Below are positions 39,048 to 46,415 of a stretch of 46,415 nt of DNA, one piece after another. The notes under the pieces were generated by a model. The model was not told the origin of the DNA, made no database searches, and saw only the letters and a program-made list of their open reading frames with translations. Both the position numbers and the translations under genes were made by a program. The first letter of the stretch is position 1. Each line of letters starts with the position of its first letter. The DNA is taken from assembly GCA_964035545.1 (NCBI GenBank), contig CAXIUT010000164.1, forward strand, positions 1-46,415. Direction: 5' to 3'. This DNA is from Bugula neritina. Taxonomy: Eukaryota > Animalia > Bryozoa.

Positions 39048-39959
39048 TCAGTCGCAGCACTCTCCATTCCAGCAGTCCAGATGGTAGTTATGCCCGCAAT
39101 CTAGTGAATAGAATTCCTACATTCCGATATCTGACATGCACTAAACGCAATATTTGACTTATCCATAGTTTTATATTTTCTTTGGTTGTGATATTTTCTT
39201 TGTTTTTATTGTATTTTTTTGTTATTTGAAGTCGAATTGGTTGGCTAGCTCTGTGCAGATATCTTTGCATATATTTCTTCTAATATCTATGATTTTAGTT
39301 ATTGTGTTTTTGTTGGTGGCTATTGAAGCTAGGGTTTTTAAGTGATATAGTTGTTATTGGTAGTTTTAAAAATATTTTATTTCAAATTATGTTGATAAAA
39401 TTAGCTTTTCTAAACTGGTTGTTTAAGAAGCTTATTGGATAAGTTGAAATAGTTTGTGTTAACCTTTTATTGTTTTATTGAATATTTATATTTAATCTTC
39501 TAGTTGTTTTTCGGATGATGGTTATGATTAGTTTTGTCCGATTTGTGTGATAAATTATATTTTTTATAATAAAATTTGACTTTATCTTAATACAGATTAT
39601 ATCTATTTTTATTCTTTATCATCGATGTTTTATTCTTAAACTTTCTTACTCTATTTTTTTAATTATTTTTCTTATTTTTCTTTGATTTAACAGTTTTATT
39701 TGATTTATTGAGTGCTGATATTGATGGTTTTATTCATGAGGTAGATACTTTTTTTTTTATTGAAAGACTATTGTGTTTTTCTTTGAATATCATCTACATT
39801 ATTTCTATTTAATTTATTTTGATGTATTTTGAGATGAATATCAAATTAGTTTTGAGATTAGAAATGTTGATTACATACATAACATTTGATTAGACGAGAA
39901 ATAGTCGATGGCTTACGTAGTTATATCTATTTTATCTTCTTTTTGTTAAACATACTCAT
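39048..39959 (-). CDS. Protein with N-terminal C2H2 zinc finger and C-terminal RING-H2-like finger
   Basis: CYVCNQHFESQNEFDIHLKIH; CVEC...CGHNYHLDCWNGECCD-TGA; 304 codons. Confidence 0.78.
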
Positions 39960-40028
39960 ATATTTAAATTATTATTATTCATCATTTTAGAAATATCAAT
40001 GATATTTTTGGATAATCTTTATCTCAAT

Positions 40029-40121
40029 GGGGTTGGGGTTGGGGTTGGGGTTGGGGTTGGGGTTGGGGTTGGGGTTGGGGTTGGGGTTGGGGTTGGGGTT
40101 GGGGTTGGGGTTGGGGTTGGG
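40029..40121 (+). repeat. Internal telomeric tract 2, (GGGGTT)n, 93 bp
   Basis: Perfect T2G4 array; begins GGGG and ends TTGGG. Confidence 0.98.
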
Positions 40122-40129
40122 TCCTCTCA

Positions 40130-43073
40130 ATGAATGACAACCACCCAGATAAATAAACAACATGGCATCCCAATCGTTCATATATTCAACTTCCAAATAA
40201 CATCATTATTGATAGTTGTTTTCCTTCTGGCAACGTGGCAGCAGCTAATCTTCTAAATAACTCCCCTCTTACCATATAAATCTAAGGAAATACTGATGTC
40301 AGTAACGATAATGCAGCAAAGTATTGGCTTTATTTTAGAATAAGAGGATTTAAAAGAGACAAACAAATTAAATTTATCTTGAAGAATGCCAATCATCTCA
40401 GGAAATATTATAATCAAAGTAAATACAAATGCTATATGATGTGTAAATAATAATAGGTTTGGACTTCTTGTTCGAATTGTATTGATATTACAGTACTTTT
40501 TTTTAATATTTAGGTTACGTAAAGCGGAATGCAGGGGTCTTTTGTGTGGCAGTCTTAGAAAAACAAAAATAAAACTATCAAATCAACCAACGACCTCTAT
40601 CCTATTAAATAATAAAAAATCATTTCAAATACTGTCAATAAAAATTAATATACCAAAGGAGATTGCTATTTCGCCATGTATCAACCCTACACCTATGACG
40701 ATTGCACATAGTTTCTAGATAATATAAATAAAAACTACTAAAATCAACAATATAATCCTCAAGTTTATTTTCATTAAGAAACTATTACTTATTCTTATTA
40801 GAGAAGAAAAGTTCCTTTAGTTACTATTACTTCTTATCATAATATCGAATCTTTTGCAGAAAAGGAACCTATTATCAGTTAGTAAATCTTTCCTTTTCCC
40901 AAGGAAAGACCATATAAGTATGCCATTTGAAATATAGACTGAAAAATAACCCAGTTATTATGTTTACAGCTCGTGTACATCCTTCCTAGACATATTCTTC
41001 ATTTTTTACTGAAGGAATTATCTAATTTCTTTTAAGTGATAGTAAAGCTGCCTTTATTTTACGTGAGTTATTTATTTTTCAAATTATTCCTCTTCTCAAT
41101 CCTGATGGAGTAGAACATGGAAACTTCCGCTTTGATCACTAGCTTCGCAACTTGAATCGTTATTACGGTCAATCAACGATTTCAAAAACGTTATTTTATA
41201 GTTATTCAGTCCATCGATTCGAGCAGCTTAACTTCTTATTTGCTATTACAAAAACAGATACAACTAGCAATGCGAATTTACATAACAATACTAGGAGATG
41301 TATTCGAGATTGTTCATGTATATTGATGTTCATGGGCATTGTTCACCAATACCTAGTTTTATTTATGGAAATCATGCGGATAAGTTAGAACATACTATTG
41401 AAAACAAGTTATTTTGCAAAATAGTGGAGGCTAATTTTTTATCTGGAGGATTTAGCAAAATATAAAGTTAGTTTTCAAAGAAAAATATGAATGTTCAGGA
41501 AAAATATGATTAGTTTTCTAAATTATGTTCTGGTAGAGTCTATGCAGGTAAAGCTGATAATCCTGATTTGGCTCTCTTTCATTCTTATACACTTGAGGTA
41601 TTGCCATACTGGGAATAGTATCCGAAGAAAAGGGTGGATAAAATGGCATAAAAATTGAGTTCAGCATAATATTCAAGGATTTTAGGTAAAGAGCTATTAA
41701 TATCTATTTTGGATATGTTATAACTAAATCCAGAAAGTAAATTTAGTGAATCCTAGATCGAACGTTTCAGACGGGGAATAATAAAAGAATGTTATAATTA
41801 GCAGTTCCGAAAAGTATTTCTTTTGAAGAGAGCAGAGAACAGTGTTGAGAGGAATTCTTACTCAGAGATTTCAAAGATCAAGCAGGGAGATAAATAGTAT
41901 AATTTTGGGAATGAGTATATTCAAAGATGGTTTAGTAATCATGTTTTAGTTGGACATCTTAGTACGAAAAGTGAGATTATTAAGGATGTTAAATTTAGTA
42001 AATTTTTAGTAAGAATAAATAAAAAATTAAATAATTTTAAATAGTTAGAACCTTTTAAATAGTAAAAATAAAAACTGATTAGAACATAAATAAAAAAATA
42101 AGAAAAATAGCCATCAAAATAATTAATTATCATACCTAAAAAAGATAATAGTCCTTCTCGTAATAGTAAATGTTACATTCAAAAGGAATAATAACGCTAT
42201 AGAGGTGAAGAAAGAATAATTTCATGTGTTAAGTCGAAATAAAAGCCAAAGCAAGAACCAAAGGTAGCAAAGAAGACAATATAACTGAGGTAATAGTTTC
42301 AAGATTTTATACCTAAATACAAAGCCTGTGATAGATAGCCTAATATTCGTATTATTAAGAAGTAAAGTAATAAAAAATAATCAAAAAAATAAACGATAGA
42401 ATCGATGTAGAAGTATTAGAAGTAGGTTCTTTCTAAAATTCAACTATAATCTAAAACAGCTAATCCTATTTTTGAAATAAAGATAAAATAAATAAAAGCT
42501 AAACAACCTAAATCAATCATCAGACTTCAAACTGAGACAACAGCTTAGGCTGTTAGTAATACAGCAGGAATAGAACCAAGTAGTGCTACAATCAAAAATA
42601 GTAATAGTCAGGTCAATAACTTTAATGCTAGTAACAAAATTCAACATAAAGAGAGATAACTTTCGAAGTACAACTATCATAAGCCATCATTTATCTAAGA
42701 ATTTATTCTAAAAATCAAAGAAGAAAGAGAAGGAACAAGCAATTCATCCAATAAAATCAGTCCAAAGGAAGAACTCAAAAATAAATTATTTAAATATAAA
42801 AATCCTAACTAACATATTGATGAACATTAAAAGAAATTATTGCCTGTTTTAAGAAGAAATAAAATATTTACCATTGCAAGTGAACCCAAAGAGAGTCATA
42901 AAGCTTTTGAATCAAGTAATTCAAAAAAAAGGACTATGACTTTTTAATCAGAAGGGAATATCGATGAATTAATCGCAAGGACTAAAAAGATACTAACTTA
43001 TAATAAAAAAGAAGAGCTTAGATAGAATATATCTAAAAAGTCACAACATTTTCCTGACTGTATGTATCTATGA
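40130..43073 (+). CDS. Cytosolic carboxypeptidase (M14D tubulin deglutamylase, CCP5/AGBL5-like)
   Basis: [25 protein letters not shown][TAG][24 protein letters not shown]; introns 40493-40513 (21 nt), 40918-40937, 41190-41209. Confidence 0.93.
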
Positions 43074-43115
43074 TATTAAATTTTATAATAACCTTTATCA
43101 TTAGACTTATACATA

Positions 43116-44472
43116 TCACTCCAATAGTTTTACTTTCATTAATTTAATGATTACTCGATTGAAGCCATTAAGTGTTTCAGTCAATATTTCTTGGACTTAT
43201 TCTGAATTTCTCAACATATCTTCTTTAGCCTTCATAAAGATAAATATACCTTTTAAAGCATGAAATCTTTGAGGTTAGTGACTTTACCATGGATGGTTAG
43301 GTGTGGGAGTTTCTTTCTTGTTTGAATGGCGACCTATTTGTTATTATTTTTTGTCTTAAATCTTATTCGAAGTGAGCTTTTCCCATATCATCATTGACTT
43401 TTTGTTGTTGTATTTTATAATAAATGATGATATTTATCAATCTTTCGATCTGATGTCCTGGAATCTTCAATTTCTATTTTATTTTTCTTACGTTTTATTT
43501 AGATAAAAGAACATTTCGATTGAAATCTAGTTAATTCTTGTTGTTAACATTCTCTAATAAAGATAGATCCATAATTTTACTTTTTATTAGCATTTAAAGT
43601 TCTTTGAAATCTCTTAAACATTGGTATTCAAAACTTGGTATTTCTGTTGTTATTTAAAAACATTTTTAATCTTTCAAAGAGATATCATAGACAATATCAA
43701 GCAGTTCTTTTCCATGTCCTGCTTTTTGGTAGTTAGGCATGATGAAAACTTGACTAATTCTATGTCTTTATTTAACAGAAGACAATTTAAAAATATATTT
43801 TGAGAGCATTCCAACAAATTTGTATTGATTTCCTGTTTTTTTATAGATAACGTAGTATATCCAACTATCGATTTCTTCAAAAATAAATGATACTCCATCA
43901 ATATAAAATAACAATAATACCTACATCCTTTCCTTGAACTTTGTAAACTACTTATTAGAACCACTATATCGTAATACAGTAAAGTTATCATCTTTGCGGT
44001 TGTAGCTATGGATTTATTAACCTCCTGTAGGAGGTTTGTAGTTCAACTATTAATCTTCACTAGCTAAAAATGGTTATAACTTATTGAATTGTTTACCCCA
44101 GCGTTTGAAAGCTATCTAATTTTAACTTTAATCTGTTTCAAGGATTTAAGAGATTATTTTAAAATCCTTTTTTCCTAATTTATCTTCTTCATCCTCTCCA
44201 TCTTGCATTAGTTCGACCCAATAGTTCAAAGAACAACTTAAAAAATGAAAAACAAATTTGCAGTTTTGTGCAATTGTTTTTTTATTCAATTTATAGGGAA
44301 AGATCTGGTTGAGATAGTCTGAATCAAATTATTAATAGTCATTACCATCCCATAGCCATATTTTAGTGTCTATGCATTCGGCATCTTCTTATTATTATTT
44401 GGGTTATTTAGTGCCTGTGTTGCTTAGATCTTCAAGGATCTTTTTGATTTCTGGGTCAGGATCTGAATTCAT
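43116..44472 (-). CDS. HAT1: Histone acetyltransferase type B catalytic subunit
   Basis: LLLFYIDGVSFI, RHRISQVFIMPNYQKAGHG, EITTEIPSFEYQCLRD; 20-nt intron 43230-43249; apparent frameshift near 43310-43355. Confidence 0.9.
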
Positions 44473-44569
44473 GAAGTTATTATTTCCCTCCAATTAAATA
44501 TTTTCATATCTCTATTACAATAGATAAATAAATAAAAATAAAGAACATTAAAAGAACTAATATATTAAA

Positions 44570-44649
44570 GGGGTTGGGGTTGGGGTTGGGGTTGGGTTGG
44601 GGTTGGGGTTGGGGTTGGGGTTGGGGTTGGGGGTTGGGGTTGGGTTGGG
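44570..44649 (+). repeat. Internal telomeric tract 3, (GGGGTT)n, 80 bp
   Basis: T2G4 array with several G3/G5 variants; begins GGGG and ends TTGGG. Confidence 0.98.
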
Positions 44650-45858
44650 TAATTCCATCAGAAATAAACGGATGTTTTAAGATCTCATCAACTCCTATTC
44701 TGTCTTGAGGATTCACTATTAACATTTTTCGCAAGAGATTCATAGCTGAAAGGTCTATATGATCATAGTCCGAAGTTTTAAGATTAAAGTTCATTTTCTT
44801 GTTGTTCTAATAAACTTCTTAGAACTTTCGACCTGTGAAGAGAGGTCGGGCTGTCAGTAATATGTGAAATATTACACCAACAGAAAAGACATCACAGATT
44901 GGAGATATTTTATCTCCTTTTTGAATTTTAGTCACTTCAGGTGCTACATATCCAGGTGTTCCACATCTATAGAAAATATAGTCATCAGCTTCACAGAAAG
45001 CAGCCAATCCAAAATCAACAAGAACTGGTTCTAAATGTCCTCTCAACATAATATTTTCAGGTTTTATATCTCGATGCATGACTCCCATTTAACCTAGTTC
45101 TTTTAATCCTCTAACAAGACCTAGAATAATTATCCTTATTTAGTTTATACTAAATTTGCCTTATCTTTTATTGATAGCATTATGTAGATGTCCTCCAGTA
45201 AGGAGTTCCAAAACCATGTACAAAGAGTTATCTGATTCATAAATTCCTTCAAGTTTCATTATATTATTGCTATCGACTTTGCGCATAATAGAAATTTCAT
45301 TAAGAAGGTTTAGGCGATGACTTTAATTTGTAGAGTTTAAGGTTGTTTGTTTGAAAAGGCTTTGACTGCAAAGAGTTTACCATCTATTATACGTTCGACT
45401 TCGTAAACTGTCGCAAATCCTCCTTTTCCTAACTTTCTCATAGGTTTGAACATTTTATGAAAACCTAACTGATTTACCATTTTGGTCATATACTTAAGCC
45501 AGATATCTAAGACACTGCTTGTTACAATCTAAAAAACCACATCTTTGGTTCCTTTTTTCATCAACTTGAATCCATAGGCTTTGGAATTCATGGAATTCTC
45601 TTGATTTTTAACACCATTTTTGAAGAGAACTTCAAATTTGAGTTCAAAATCCATTTCAGTATAACAAAGGAACTCATAGTCGATAAAGCTTTTTTCTCCT
45701 ATTGCAATAAACTTGCTTGTCATAATCACATCCATCTCTTTGTTGTGTCCGTTAATTAAAAAGCGGGCATGCAAGGAAAGAGGATCATTTCTGATCTATT
45801 GGACAATGTCCGAATGAAGAGGATGAAAAATAGAATCCTCGCTTTGGAAAGTATTCAT
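44650..45858 (-). CDS. CAMK-type Ser/Thr kinase with PH-like N-terminal region; 3' end runs into telomeric tract 3
   Basis: LGKGGFATV, FAVK, HRDIKPEN, DFG, CGTPGYVAPE, LKHPFI; -1 frameshift near 45350; no TGA before the tract (next in-frame TGA at 44504). Confidence 0.9.
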
Positions 45859-46323
45859 TTTGTAGTTAACTTTTGGTATTATAAGGTATTCGCAGCGATT
45901 CTGAATTTATATAAGTAATAAAAAGGCTTCCAGCAGAATCGGACAATCATTGAGAGAATGCATTCAAGGAGGGGAGAACAAAAGGTTTGAAAAAGATTAA
46001 TAAGGTTGATTTTTTTATCTTTAGAATTTTAAACTGGAGAAAAAGGTGTTTATGCTATCAATACATTTTAAAATTCACTGGAAATCAAGGTGAATACATT
46101 TCAAATTCTCAATAGTTATATTTAAACAGAATCACTTTGATGACTTAATTGAAGAAGATGTTACTTTAGCTCTATTAGTTAGATTCAAACAAATAGATTT
46201 AGCATTTTAATAAAACTAAATGGTGATTTAATGTTTGAATTTTATCATCATGATCATTTTATTATTAACAAATGATAATAATAATCATTTCATATAAATT
46301 AATGATTGTCAAACTTTTTATTA

Positions 46324-46415
46324 GGGGTTGGGGTTGGGGTTGGGGTTGGGGTTGGGGTTGGGGTTGGGGTTGGGGTTGGGGTTGGGGTTTGGGGTTGGGG
46401 TTGGGTGGGGTTGGG
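46324..46415. repeat. Right telomere, (GGGGTT)n, 92 bp
   Basis: T2G4 array at the contig end, G-rich on +, ends TTGGG. Confidence 0.99.

Noticed and set aside
39996-40196. Poly-PN and poly-GL/GW ORFs (39996..40196, 30913..31104)
   Set aside because: They are simply translations of telomeric repeats
16592-44472. Functional chromatin gene cluster (NAP x2, HMG, TBL1-like, HAT1)
   Set aside because: The genes are interspersed with unrelated ones; there is no evidence beyond chance without synteny data
30909-44649. CRISPR array or telomere-bearing transposon (TBE-like) interpretation of the internal tracts
   Set aside because: No spacers, no inverted orientation of the tracts, and no transposase or cas-like ORF; intervening genes are housekeeping
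376-45774. Most supplied six-frame ORFs, especially the F/L/I-rich ones
   Set aside because: They were computed with TAA/TAG as stops, so they are fragments, wrong frames or antisense shadows of K/E-rich genes
546-45858. Standard ciliate code (UAR=Gln) or split code (UAA=Lys, UAG=Glu)
   Set aside because: TAA occupies invariant Glu positions (APE, LKPEN, YEML) and is absent from the Gln-rich tract
46270-46290. Subtelomeric hairpin AAATGAT-N7-ATCATTT as a breakage signal
   Set aside because: It is AT-rich and not repeated at a matching distance from the other four telomere junctions

Overview
This looks like a complete telomere-to-telomere macronuclear chromosome (46.4 kb) of a ciliate. It has (C4A2)n at the left end and (T2G4)n at the right end. 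The supplied ORF track is fragmented because it uses the wrong genetic code. In-frame TAA and TAG fall on invariant Glu positions (kinase APE, carboxypeptidase RVHPxE, NAP LEYFLG) and TGA is the only stop. That is the peritrich nuclear code (NCBI table 30), which suggests a peritrich oligohymenophorean. Re-read by hand in that code, the window holds about 38 tightly packed genes with GT-AG introns that are almost all exactly 20 nt. They include HSF, four kinases/pseudokinases, two RING proteins, an MPP/complex III core protein, two NAP1 paralogues, a pectin-acetylesterase-like protein, EF-hand, LRR, Qb-SNARE, UBE2S, TBL1-like, RPL9, RPS11, a cytosolic carboxypeptidase and HAT1. The most unusual structure is three internal telomere tracts of 74-93 bp. 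All have the same polarity, start register and end register as the right terminal telomere, which points to nested alternative chromosome ends, end-fusions or an assembly artefact. Other signals are a strong TGAT context at gene ends, stop-to-start gaps of 25-45 nt, several pseudoenzymes, and frameshifts that may be sequencing errors. All coordinates and counts were derived manually.
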